Assembly: GCA_033763775.1 (NCBI GenBank)
Contig: JANRJW010000014.1
Location: 89,037-153,036 of the forward strand
Direction: 5' to 3'
Length of the DNA: 64,000 nucleotides
Source of the DNA: Alphaproteobacteria bacterium
Lineage (GTDB): Bacteria > Pseudomonadota > Alphaproteobacteria > Rickettsiales > SXRF01
Position 1 is the stretch's first letter. Each line of letters starts with the position of its first letter. The position numbers and the translations under genes are program-made. The notes under the pieces were generated by a model. The model made no database searches. It was not told the origin of the DNA and saw only the letters and a program-made list of their open reading frames with translations. This document shows, one piece after another, positions 17,024 through 26,570 of the stretch.

Positions 17024-19588
17024 CTAACTAGCCACGACATTCACAATCCTGTTCGGCACCACGATGATTTTCCTGACCTCTTTATCCTTAAGCGCATCGC
17101 GCACGGTTTGCAACTCCATCACCACGCTTTCTGCCTTTTCTTTGGGCAGATCTTTGGCAAGCTGGATGGTGGTGCGCGTCTTGCCGTTAATCTGGATGGC
17201 AACGGTCACCTCATCCTCAGCAAGCAGCGCCGGGTCTGCTTTTGGCCATGGGCGCACCGACAGCTCGTCCTTGTGGCCGAGCTGCGACCAGCATTCTTCT
17301 GCAAGGTGCGGCAGGAACGGACAAAGAAGATGCAGCGCGGCTTCAAGCGCTTCTTTCATGACTTCCGGCGCAGCTTTGCCTGCACAGTCTTCCATCATGT
17401 TGGTCAGCTCGCGGATGCGCGCAATGGCCTTGTTGAAATGGAATTTCTCAATATCATCCGTCACCGCCGCAATGGTCTGGTGCGTTTTCTGACGCAAGTT
17501 TGCAGATGCATCATTTTCAACGGCAACTGCTGACGATGAGCTGGAAACCAACCGCCACACGCGCTGGATATAGCGCCACGCGCCTTCAATACCCGCATCC
17601 GTCCATTCGAGATCGCGATCCGGCGGCGAATCCGACAGCATGAAAAGGCGCGCCGCGTCGGCGCCGTAACTCTCGATGATATGGCGTGGATCCACCGTGT
17701 TTTTCTTGGATTTGCTCATCTTCTCGATGCGCCCGATAGTCACCGGTTTACCGGTTGCAATCTCTTTGCCTTCTGCCACCTCATCTGGCGAGAGCCATTT
17801 TCCTTCCGAAGATTTATAGGTTTCATGGCAGATCATGCCCTGCGTCTCTAAGCGTTTGAATGGCTCAGGCGGAACCTCATAACCACACTTGGCAAGAGCC
17901 CGCATAAAGAAACGCGAATAAAGCAAATGCAGCACCGCATGCTCAATGCCACCAATATAGCAATCCACCGGCAGCCATTTTTTCAAGGCATTAGGCTCTA
18001 GGGGATTGGGATCAGGGAGCGTTGCAAAGCGAGCAAAATACCAGGAGGACTCAAAGAACGTGTCAAACGTGTCTGTCTCACGCTCAGCGGGCTTGCCGCA
18101 GCTAGGGCAGGGGACGTGTTTCCATGTGGGGTGGCGCAAAAGCGGATTCCCCGGCTTATCAAACGTCACATCTTTGGGTAGCGCGACGGGCAGATCGGCC
18201 TCCGGCACGGGAACCACGCCGCAATCCTTGCAATGAATCACCGGAATCGGGCAGCCCCAGTAGCGCTGGCGGGAAATGCCCCAGTCGCGCAGGCGGTAAT
18301 TGATTTTTTCTTCGCCGCAGCCGATTTTTTTTAAAGCGTCTATCGCTTTTTTCTTGGCCTCAGTGACGTTTAGGCCGTTGAGGAAGTCGGAGTTGATGAG
18401 CGTTCCATCGCCTACATAAGGACCCTCACCCGCGGCGCTTTGCGCCGCTTCCCTCTCCCTGTCAGGGAGAGGGGTAGGGTGAGGGTGAACTACTGGCAGT
18501 ATCGGCAGCCCATATTTCTTCGCAAACTCATAGTCCCGCGCATCATGTGCCGGGCAGCCGAAAATCGCGCCGGTGCCGTAATCCATGAGCACGAAATTAG
18601 CCACATACAAAGGCACTTCGCGGCCATCAAACGGGTGAATGATTTTGAGCCCCGTATCAAAGCCTTTCTTTTCGGCTTTTTCGATGGCTTCTTCGGAGGT
18701 GCCGAGCTGGTTGCATTCGGCGATAAAAGTCGTGAGTCTCGAATTGCCAGTTGCCAGCTCTTTGGCAAGTGGATGGCCGGGTGAAATAGCGCAGAAACTC
18801 ATGCCGAAAATCGTGTCCGGGCGGGTAGTATAGATTTCGAGTTCTTCACTGGATGCCTGAGATTGGTGACTGACGACTTGCAACTTAAGCAGCGCGCCCG
18901 TCGACTTGCCAATCCACTTCTCCTGCATGATACGGACTTTGTCCGGCCACTCTTTAAGCGTTTCCAGCCCGGCAAGCAGCTCATCCGCACAATCAGAAAT
19001 ACGCAAAAACCACTGAGAGAGCCTCCGGCGCTCCACCAGCGCGCCCGAGCGCCAGCCGCGCCCATCCACCACCTGTTCGTTGGCCAGCACGGTATTATCA
19101 ACCGGATCCCAGTTCACTTCCGCTTCCTTGCGGTAGGCAAGCCCGGCTTCAAGGAATTTAAGGAAAAAAAGCTGCTCGTGCTTGTAATAATCCGGAAGGC
19201 AGGTGGCGAGTTCACGCGACCAATCATAAGAAAGGCCGATGAGCTTTAATTGCTCGCGCATGGTTTCGATATTTTTCAGCGTCCAGTCTTGCGGGTGGGC
19301 GCCGCGCTCAATCGCGGCATTCTCCGCCGGCAGACCAAACGCATCCCAGCCCATCGGGTGCAGCACATCATAGCCCTGCATACGGCGCGCACGCGCGATC
19401 ACATCACCCAGAGTATAGTTGCGCACATGCCCCATATGGATGTTGCCCGAAGGATAGGGAAACATCTCGAGGACGTAATATGAAGGGCGCGTTGCCGTGG
19501 ACGTCTGCGTTGTTTCAAAGGTGCGGTTTTGCTGCCAGTGGCGCTGCCACTTGGCTTCAGTTTCGCGGGCGTTGTAGCGTGGGGTCAT
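17024..19588 (-). CDS. leuS: leucine--tRNA ligase
   Basis: 854 aa. PYPSGNIHMGH (HIGH) and KMSKSKKN (KMSKS) motifs, collinear with LeuS. Confidence 0.97.
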   Translation of the reverse strand: MTPRYNARETEAKWQRHWQQNRTFETTQTSTATRPSYYVLEMFPYPSGNIHMGHVRNYTLGDVIARARRMQGYDVLHPMGWDAFGLPAENAAIERGAHPQDWTLKNIETMREQLKLIGLSYDWSRELATCLPDYYKHEQLFFLKFLEAGLAYRKEAEVNWDPVDNTVLANEQVVDGRGWRSGALVERRRLSQWFLRISDCADELLAGLETLKEWPDKVRIMQEKWIGKSTGALLKLQVVSHQSQASSEELEIYTTRPDTIFGMSFCAISPGHPLAKELATGNSRLTTFIAECNQLGTSEEAIEKAEKKGFDTGLKIIHPFDGREVPLYVANFVLMDYGTGAIFGCPAHDARDYEFAKKYGLPILPVVHPHPTPLPDREREAAQSAAGEGPYVGDGTLINSDFLNGLNVTEAKKKAIDALKKIGCGEEKINYRLRDWGISRQRYWGCPIPVIHCKDCGVVPVPEADLPVALPKDVTFDKPGNPLLRHPTWKHVPCPSCGKPAERETDTFDTFFESSWYFARFATLPDPNPLEPNALKKWLPVDCYIGGIEHAVLHLLYSRFFMRALAKCGYEVPPEPFKRLETQGMICHETYKSSEGKWLSPDEVAEGKEIATGKPVTIGRIEKMSKSKKNTVDPRHIIESYGADAARLFMLSDSPPDRDLEWTDAGIEGAWRYIQRVWRLVSSSSSAVAVENDASANLRQKTHQTIAAVTDDIEKFHFNKAIARIRELTNMMEDCAGKAAPEVMKEALEAALHLLCPFLPHLAEECWSQLGHKDELSVRPWPKADPALLAEDEVTVAIQINGKTRTTIQLAKDLPKEKAESVVMELQTVRDALKDKEVRKIIVVPNRIVNVVAS
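18423..18486. repeat. Family-B palindromic repeat in frame inside leuS
   Basis: ccctcaccc-gcggcgc-tttg-cgccgc-ttccctctccc-tgtc-agggagagggg-tagggtgaggg. Read on the minus strand as HPHPTPLPDREREAAQSAAGEG. Confidence 0.85.
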
Positions 19589-19597
19589 AAAAGTCTC

Positions 19598-19791
19598 GTC
19601 ATTCCCGCGACCTGTCCTGCGAAGCTTTAGCGAAGGAGGAAAGCGGGAATCCAGTTTTATCTCGTTTGTTTTTATCTAAGAGTAGACGCCAAATGTCTAC
19701 TGACATTTAGCTTTTCTGGATCCCGTGCTCGCATGACTGCTGACATGCTCCACGGGATGACGGGAGCCTAAGCGGCTTCGCCGCTAAGGCT
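19598..19791. repeat. Family-A composite element plus a perfect 11-bp hairpin in the leuS / DUF3576 gap
   Basis: gtcattcccgcg...aagcgggaatccag...tagacgccaaatgtctactgacatttagc...ggatcccgtg...cacgggatgac, then agcctaagcgg-cttcg-ccgctaaggct 6 nt past the DUF3576 gene stop. Confidence 0.85.
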
Positions 19792-19796
19792 TACCG

Positions 19797-20306
19797 TCAC
19801 TTCACATTTTTCACGCGTAGTTCACGCGCGCGGGTAAGGATGGTGTCTTCCAGCTTACGCTCGGTGGCTTTATCCACCGCCTGGTCACGCCACTGACCGC
19901 CTGAAAACTTCTGGCGAAATAATGTGATTTTTACGCCGTCTGCGCGCAGGGTCTTGTCGAGAATCAGCGCATTGGCTTTAAAGCGCTCGCCGGGAGTTTT
20001 GGGGTCTTCATACCACTCGGTGATAATCACGCCGCCAAAGGGATCGGCGGAGCTAAGCGGCATGAAAGAAAGCGTGTCCAGCGTGGCGCGCCACAGGAAG
20101 CTATTGACGCCGAGCGGCGAGTTATTTTCCTCGCCCTTCTTGCCGCCCGCCAGCACGATACCATCATCACCGGTGAGCTTGCCGCGGCCTTCCCGCAGCT
20201 GATCTTCCAGCGATTGCGGCAGACCAGCACGCTCGGTCTTAACATCCGAACAGGCAAGCAATGCAAGGGGAGCAAGGGGAGCAAGGGCAAATAACAAATA
20301 ACGCAT
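19797..20306 (-). CDS. DUF3576-family lipoprotein
   Basis: MRYLLFALAPLAPLALLAC lipobox; LWRATLDTLSFMPL...DPFGGVIITEWY is characteristic of alphaproteobacterial DUF3576. Confidence 0.7.
   Translation of the reverse strand: MRYLLFALAPLAPLALLACSDVKTERAGLPQSLEDQLREGRGKLTGDDGIVLAGGKKGEENNSPLGVNSFLWRATLDTLSFMPLSSADPFGGVIITEWYEDPKTPGERFKANALILDKTLRADGVKITLFRQKFSGGQWRDQAVDKATERKLEDTILTRARELRVKNVK
20263..20288. repeat. Tandem 9-mer (gcaagggga x2 plus gcaagggc) inside the DUF3576 signal peptide
   Basis: Direct repeat encoding APLAPLA. Confidence 0.7.
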
Positions 20307-20374
20307 AAGCGACTCCGTGTAGTTCGGGGTCGGAATGTAGTGAAAAGGAAAGGAGGGTGCAAGTAATTGATGAT

Positions 20375-20400
20375 CCCCTCTCCCCACTGGGGCGAGGAGG
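20375..20400. repeat. Family-B hairpin
   Basis: cccctctcccc-actg-gggcgaggagg. Confidence 0.6.
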
Positions 20401-20408
20401 ATTTGGAT

Positions 20409-20437
20409 AAAAAAAAGGGCGATCCGAAGATCGCCCT
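20409..20437 (-). terminator. Rho-independent terminator of the porin gene
   Basis: On the minus strand, gggcgatc-ttcg-gatcgccc is followed by an 8-T run about 30 nt after the porin stop. Confidence 0.75.
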
Positions 20438-20465
20438 TTCTTTTGGTTGTCGTTTCTAACCGAAA

Positions 20466-21608
20466 TTAGAAAGCGAGCTGAGAACCAACGAGGATAACAG
20501 TGCCATCGTTGTCTTCAGCAAGACCGGTACCAGCACCATCGATCTCGAAGAAGCTGACTTCGGCGTACGGGGTGAAGCCCGGAGCCAGTTTGTAGTCAAC
20601 GCCGACGGAGATGTTGGTGAACTCGTTATCCGAGTTGGTAGCTTCTTCCAGCGTGCTGTTCAGGTAGGTCACGCTTGCACCGAAGGGGCCCATTTCATAG
20701 GCTGCACCAGCGGTCCAGAAGTTGCGATCGTCTACGTTAGCAGTACGGTTCGAAAGGCTGTCGCCCCAAGAGCCGTAAGAACCAGCAAGAGCGAAGCCCA
20801 TGTAGGTTACTTTACCGCCAACCTGCCAGGTACGGAGATCTTCCTGGAGGTTAGACTCAGCATCGCCCCACTCGCCAGTTGCACCGACGTTCACGCCGAT
20901 CTGGTCGAATTTGCCATCATAGTTGAGGGCCCAGAGGAACACGTTCTCAACCTGACCGAAGTCAGCGTCAGCACGAGCTGCGCTCTGACCACGGCTGCTG
21001 CTGTCGAACAGGTAGCTTACGCCAGCCTGGAAGCCTGCAAAACGCGGGGTGTAGTAGCTGAGTTTGTTCAGGTTTTCCTGAGACTCATCACCGAGCTGAG
21101 CGCCGCTAGCCGCACCGTAATCGAGGATGAGGTCAGGGGTTGCAATGATCGGGTTAGAAGCCGGGGTGTTAGTGCCAACGCCGAAATAAGTCCAGTCACC
21201 ATCGATGCCACCGGTCGCGCGAGCGATGCGGGAAGCGTCAACTTTCATGGTGTTGGTTACGCCGAGGTCAGAACCGCCTTGCAGACGACCCCATGCACCT
21301 TCGAGGTACACATAGGTACGCGAAGCGTTGGTGCCTTGGCTGTCAACGTCATCGTTGGTATCAGCTTCGAGAGCAATGTGACCGCCGTAGCCGAGGCCAC
21401 CATCGGTTTTGCCATCGATGTTGAGGGTGATTTCGTTATCCGAACGGAACGCACCACCGCGCTCGCCCGCATCGTTGTCTTCGCTAACGAAGCCAGCCTG
21501 GAAATCGGAGAAACCACCAAGGGTCACCTTGGGGCCTTCAGCGTGTGCAGCGCCTGCGAGCAGGGCGGCACCGAGAAGGGAGGTCGTACCGAGAAGAATT
21601 TTTTTCAT
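20466..21608 (-). CDS. outer-membrane porin (alphaproteobacterial beta-barrel porin)
   Basis: Signal peptide MKKILLGTTSLLGAALLAGAAHA, alternating beta-strand pattern, Gly/Asp-rich loops, C-terminal ...VGSQLAF. Confidence 0.8.
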   Translation of the reverse strand: MKKILLGTTSLLGAALLAGAAHAEGPKVTLGGFSDFQAGFVSEDNDAGERGGAFRSDNEITLNIDGKTDGGLGYGGHIALEADTNDDVDSQGTNASRTYVYLEGAWGRLQGGSDLGVTNTMKVDASRIARATGGIDGDWTYFGVGTNTPASNPIIATPDLILDYGAASGAQLGDESQENLNKLSYYTPRFAGFQAGVSYLFDSSSRGQSAARADADFGQVENVFLWALNYDGKFDQIGVNVGATGEWGDAESNLQEDLRTWQVGGKVTYMGFALAGSYGSWGDSLSNRTANVDDRNFWTAGAAYEMGPFGASVTYLNSTLEEATNSDNEFTNISVGVDYKLAPGFTPYAEVSFFEIDGAGTGLAEDNDGTVILVGSQLAF

Positions 21609-21860
21609 ATCATTTTCCCTTTAGAGTTAAAGATGTGACTAGAATCATCACTTCTAGGTTACACAAAGTCGGATGACTCCATGCAATTACCTGCCGCCTG
21701 TTATTGTGCAAAGAGGAAGCGGTTGCAAGTCGGAAGCGTTTTTTGTAGACCAAAATACCGGCTTTTCACCCCGTCTGTTGCAATTGGGCAACAAAACCAC
21801 CACGAATAGCTTGTTTTTTTAAGGCTTTCTTAATATTCAACGCATTGAAAAACCACATTT

Positions 21861-22526
21861 ATGACATTGGTCAACCGCCTTACTGAGATCCGTGCAACAC
21901 TCGAAAAATCACGAATAAACTCCCCGCTAGCCGCCCCTGAAACATGCCTTTTAGCTGCCTCCAAAGGGCAGCCGGCTGAGCTGCTGGAGGAGGCGATAGC
22001 TCTGGGTATCCGTGATTTCGGTGAAAACCGCGTTCAGGAAGCTTATGATAAGTGGCCGCTGCTTAAAGAAAAATACCCTCACATCAGGCTGCATCTGATC
22101 GGCCCGCTGCAAACCAATAAGGTGAAAGATGCGCTCGGCCTGTTTGATGTGATCCAGACGGTGGATCGGGAGAAGCTCGCGCTCGCGCTGTCAAGGCTTC
22201 AGGCTTCAGGCTTCAGCCTTCAGGAAAAACAGTTTTACATACAGGTAAATACCGGCGAAGAGCCACAGAAAGCGGGCATTTTCCCGAAAGAAGCGGATGA
22301 TTTCATTCGTTTCTGCATCCACGATTTAAAGCTACCCATCATCGGGCTGATGTGCATACCGCCAGCGGATCAACCACCCGCGCCGCATTTTGCGCTGCTC
22401 AGGAATGTGGCGCTTACGCACGGCTTGAAAGAGCTATCGATGGGCATGTCCGGCGATTATGATATCGCCGCGAGGATGGGCTCAAGCTGCGTGCGGGTGG
22501 GGACGGCGTTGTTTGGTAGCCGGTAA
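21861..22526 (+). CDS. yggS: PLP-binding homeostasis protein, YggS family
   Basis: LLAASKGQP...FGENRVQE...LHLIGPLQTNKVK...QVNTGEEPQKAG...LSMGMSGDY. Confidence 0.85.
   Translation: MTLVNRLTEIRATLEKSRINSPLAAPETCLLAASKGQPAELLEEAIALGIRDFGENRVQEAYDKWPLLKEKYPHIRLHLIGPLQTNKVKDALGLFDVIQTVDREKLALALSRLQASGFSLQEKQFYIQVNTGEEPQKAGIFPKEADDFIRFCIHDLKLPIIGLMCIPPADQPPAPHFALLRNVALTHGLKELSMGMSGDYDIAARMGSSCVRVGTALFGSR
22195..22225. repeat. Tandem heptamer array (aggcttc x3, agccttc, agg) inside yggS
   Basis: Direct 7-nt periodicity, read as LQASGFSLQ. The same heptamer (as gaagcct) forms one arm of the priA element at 30683-30757. Confidence 0.8.
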
Positions 22527-22598
22527 TTGGAGCTTCGGTAATTAGTGATTGGAAGCCAGCAATTTTTCCAATTACCGAAGCTCCAATTACCAATCACC
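22522..22598. repeat. Heptamer-arm palindrome between convergent yggS and the 22594-23010 ORF
   Basis: taattggagcttcggtaatt pairs perfectly with aattaccgaagctccaatta (20 bp) across a 26-nt loop. The arms contain both genes' stop codons. Confidence 0.85.
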
Positions 22599-23010
22599 CC
22601 AGCTTGTGGCTGGCCTCATACTTCCCACTTACCGCTGCAAATAAATGTTTGCCGATATCGCCGCCAGTTTGCTGTTCAAAAATGCTGCTGGCAATGGCGG
22701 TGAATAAACCAAGCGGCCCACCAAATAAAGCGCCGCCCGCTATCTGCGCGCCTGTGGAGATCGCATCGCCCGTCATCTCGCGATAAGCGGTGGATACCAG
22801 CGGGATATGCTGGAGCGGATTAATGACATCCAGCAGATCGGCAAAGCTGTCAAAAAAATGATCGTTTTGAATATCCGGCGCGGTGGCCATGCGCGCCTGA
22901 TAGGGCGAGAGGCTACGCTCAGGCTGCGTCTGTGGTAGCGGATGAATAACAATAGGCGTGGTCATGGCGAATGCAGGAGCAAGGAGCGTGCCATCCGCCT
23001 TCGCCATCAT
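22594..23010 (-). CDS. hypothetical protein
   Basis: 138-aa ORF from the ATG at 23010. Gly-rich hydrophobic C-terminal half (GAQIAGGALFGGPLGLFTAIASSIF). No family recognised; the N-terminus overlaps a repeat. Confidence 0.45.
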   Translation of the reverse strand: MMAKADGTLLAPAFAMTTPIVIHPLPQTQPERSLSPYQARMATAPDIQNDHFFDSFADLLDVINPLQHIPLVSTAYREMTGDAISTGAQIAGGALFGGPLGLFTAIASSIFEQQTGGDIGKHLFAAVSGKYEASHKLG

Positions 23011-23112
23011 TCCCACGACCCGTTCGCCAAAGCTCTAGTATAGGAGGAAAGGGGGAATACAGTCATTCAATAGACGAAAAATGCCTGCTGACATTTTTAT
23101 TTTCTGGGATAA
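23007..23112. repeat. Degenerate Family-A composite element directly after the atpC stop
   Basis: catcattcccacgacccgttcgccaaagctctagtataggaggaaagggggaatacag...tagacgaaaaatgcctgctgacatttttattttctgggataac aligns by eye with 19598-19735. Confidence 0.75.
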
Positions 23113-23115
23113 CGG

Positions 23116-23355
23116 CTAGGCTGTCACCAATAACGTGCAGCGCTCTGGCATAACTTCTGCCACGCCGCCAGAAATCGCAAATTCTTTTTTCTCGCCGCTC
23201 GAAAGCTCAACGCTGACCGTGCCTTCCTTCAGCGTCGCAATCACTGGCGCGTGGCCAGACAGCACACCAAACTCGCCCTCAGAGCCGGGCACGCCAATAT
23301 ATTCTGCTTCGCCATCAAAGAGCGTTTTTTCGGGGGTGATAAGTTGGCATTTCAT
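23116..23355 (-). CDS. atpC: F1 ATP synthase epsilon subunit, N-terminal beta-sandwich domain only (79 aa)
   Basis: LITPEKTLFDGEAEYIGVPGSEGEFGVLSGHAPVIATLKEG...ISGGVAEVMPERCTLLVTA stop. Sits downstream of atpD. The C-terminal helical hairpin is absent. Confidence 0.8.
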   Translation of the reverse strand: MKCQLITPEKTLFDGEAEYIGVPGSEGEFGVLSGHAPVIATLKEGTVSVELSSGEKKEFAISGGVAEVMPERCTLLVTA

Positions 23356-23426
23356 AGTTGCTGGTTCCTAGTTGCTGGTTGCTGGTTATTAAATTGCTAG
23401 CAACTAGCAACCAATAACCAGCAACT
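23356..23426. repeat. Heptamer-arm palindrome in the atpD-atpC gap
   Basis: Left arm agttgctggttcctagttgctggttgctggttatt; right arm tagcaactagcaaccaataaccagcaact. Units are gttgctg/gttatt. Confidence 0.85.
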
Positions 23427-23430
23427 TAAA

Positions 23431-24873
<1,443 letters not shown>

Positions 24874-24879
24874 TTATTC

Positions 24880-25791
24880 CTAAACGGCTTCTGCGCCGCT
24901 GATAATTTCGATGAGTTCTTTGGTAATCGCCGCCTGACGGGTGCGGTTGTATTTGAGGTTGAGTTTTTTGATCATATCGCCGGCGTTGCGCGTGGCATTA
25001 TCCATCGCGGTCATGCGCGCGCCCTGCTCGGAGGCAGCATTTTCCAGAAGCGCACGATACACCTGCACGCTTAAGTTTTTCGGCAGCAGCTCGGCGAGGA
25101 TGTCCTCCTCAGAGGGTTCGTAGTCGTAAGAAGTGGCGAGTGATGAGTGGTGAGTGGTGAGTGTGTCGTTGGAAGGTTTCTCGCCACTCGCTACTCGCCA
25201 CTCGCTACTCAAAGGAATAAGCTGCTGCCATGTCACTTCCTGCGCGATGGCGGATTTGAATTTGTTGTAGACGATGTGACACACATCAAACTCGCCGGCC
25301 GCAAACCACTCGCGAATCAGCAGCGCCACCGGCTCTGCATCCGCAAACGTCACTTTCTTTTTCGGCAGGTCGAAATCGCCCGCGAAATAAGGCTGAAATT
25401 CAAGGCGCATCATGTCGCGCCCTTTGCGACCCACATAAAGCAGCTTCACCTGCTTACCCTGCGCGACCAGCTCACGCGCCTTGCGACGCGCACTGCGCAC
25501 AATCGAGCTATTGAACGCACCGCAAAGGCCGCGATCACCCGTTGCCACCACAAGGAGAATTTTATCCTGCTTACCCGTTCCAACTAAAAACGGATTGGTG
25601 GAGGTGTCGCGCTGGGACGCAGCGAGGCTCGCAATCATGTGCTCCATGGCTTCCGCGTAGGGACGCGCATTTTCTGCCGCCTCTTTCGCACGGCGAAGTT
25701 TCGCCGCTGCCACCATCTTCATCGCTTTGGTGATCTTCTGCGTCGATTTGACCGACTTGATACGGACTTTAAGGTCTTTGAGGCTAGGCAT
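24880..25791 (-). CDS. atpG: F1 ATP synthase gamma subunit
   Basis: [35 protein letters not shown]...[11 protein letters not shown]. Confidence 0.92.
   Translation of the reverse strand: MPSLKDLKVRIKSVKSTQKITKAMKMVAAAKLRRAKEAAENARPYAEAMEHMIASLAASQRDTSTNPFLVGTGKQDKILLVVATGDRGLCGAFNSSIVRSARRKARELVAQGKQVKLLYVGRKGRDMMRLEFQPYFAGDFDLPKKKVTFADAEPVALLIREWFAAGEFDVCHIVYNKFKSAIAQEVTWQQLIPLSSEWRVASGEKPSNDTLTTHHSSLATSYDYEPSEEDILAELLPKNLSVQVYRALLENAASEQGARMTAMDNATRNAGDMIKKLNLKYNRTRQAAITKELIEIISGAEAV
25132..25209. repeat. Heptamer-arm palindrome (GTGAGTG type), about 78 bp, in frame inside atpG
   Basis: Left arm agtggcgagtgatgagtggtgagtggtgagtg; right arm ctcgccactcgctactcgccactcgctact. Read as [26 protein letters not shown] sister copy is in priA at 31390-31472. 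Confidence 0.85.
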
Positions 25792-26015
25792 CAGAGTCTC
25801 AGTTCTTGGAGTTTGTGATTGCTCTGGTTTTCATAGGTAATTGAATCTCCCAACTGTTGCTTGGCATTGAGTAAATCAACGCCATAAACATCACCCTGGC
25901 CAGACATTTCAATAACCGCATCCTTGCAAATTTTTATCTTCTTTGTGTCATTATTTGGCGCGGCTTTGAATCGTATGTAGCCAAAATTCTTATCCATATC
26001 GTACATGATTTTCAT
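25791..26015 (-). CDS. DUF2283-like small protein
   Basis: 74 aa. [16 protein letters not shown]...[15 protein letters not shown] fits the DUF2283 pattern (M-I-YD...YI...G-IGIEIL-A). ATGA overlap with the upstream ORF and TGATG overlap with the atpG start. Confidence 0.6.
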   Translation of the reverse strand: MKIMYDMDKNFGYIRFKAAPNNDTKKIKICKDAVIEMSGQGDVYGVDLLNAKQQLGDSITYENQSNHKLQELRL

Positions 26016-26566
26016 TTGCGTCCCCTTTCAGGAATCGTCACGCGCTCATTCTCAGGAACGCCAAGCTCTTCTAGAAGCTTGTTTAGACCACCGACTAAAT
26101 CTTCGAGTGTTTTAGCGGCGATAAATTTGCTGTAATTTTCAGTTGTTGATGCACCGCGCGCTTCCATCTGCGCTTTTTTATCATCTTCTTCAACCGGCGT
26201 GAATGCCTCATCAAACTTGAAAGTCTTATGTTTAATTTCTGAGAGTCTTTTTTTCAGCTGAAGATTGATATTATGCAGCATCTCGTCTGCGTTATTATCA
26301 ATCGCATCGGCATGCTCGCGTGCCTCCTTTTCAGTCTTAAAAAGTGATTTGAAATGCTCTCTTGCTTGATCAAGCGATAACCCAATATCAAATTCCAGCG
26401 CAGGGCCGTCAGCAGAGTCGGTGAATTTTGTTTGGACCAGTTTATCCGTATCGAGATAAATGCCCGGCAACTCGCCAAGAGCCTTAAACGCGCGCGCGAG
26501 TCCCTGATGAAGCCGGCGATGCGTTTCATCAGTAATATCGGCTAGGTATTTTAATTCTTCGCTCAT
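26012..26566 (-). CDS. hypothetical acidic protein (184 aa), no recognised family
   Basis: ORF from the ATG at 26566, 4 nt after the atpA stop. Lower GC than the flanks. The ORF-track TTG at 26590 would overlap atpA. Confidence 0.55.
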   Translation of the reverse strand: MSEELKYLADITDETHRRLHQGLARAFKALGELPGIYLDTDKLVQTKFTDSADGPALEFDIGLSLDQAREHFKSLFKTEKEAREHADAIDNNADEMLHNINLQLKKRLSEIKHKTFKFDEAFTPVEEDDKKAQMEARGASTTENYSKFIAAKTLEDLVGGLNKLLEELGVPENERVTIPERGRK

Positions 26567-26570
26567 GCTA

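Noticed and set aside
21819-21833. TTAA-N7-TTAA (CtrA-box-like) motif in the porin / yggS divergent intergenic region
   Set aside because: It is a single occurrence in an AT-rich spacer. The motif is short enough to arise by chance, and nothing here shows that the organism uses CtrA at this promoter.
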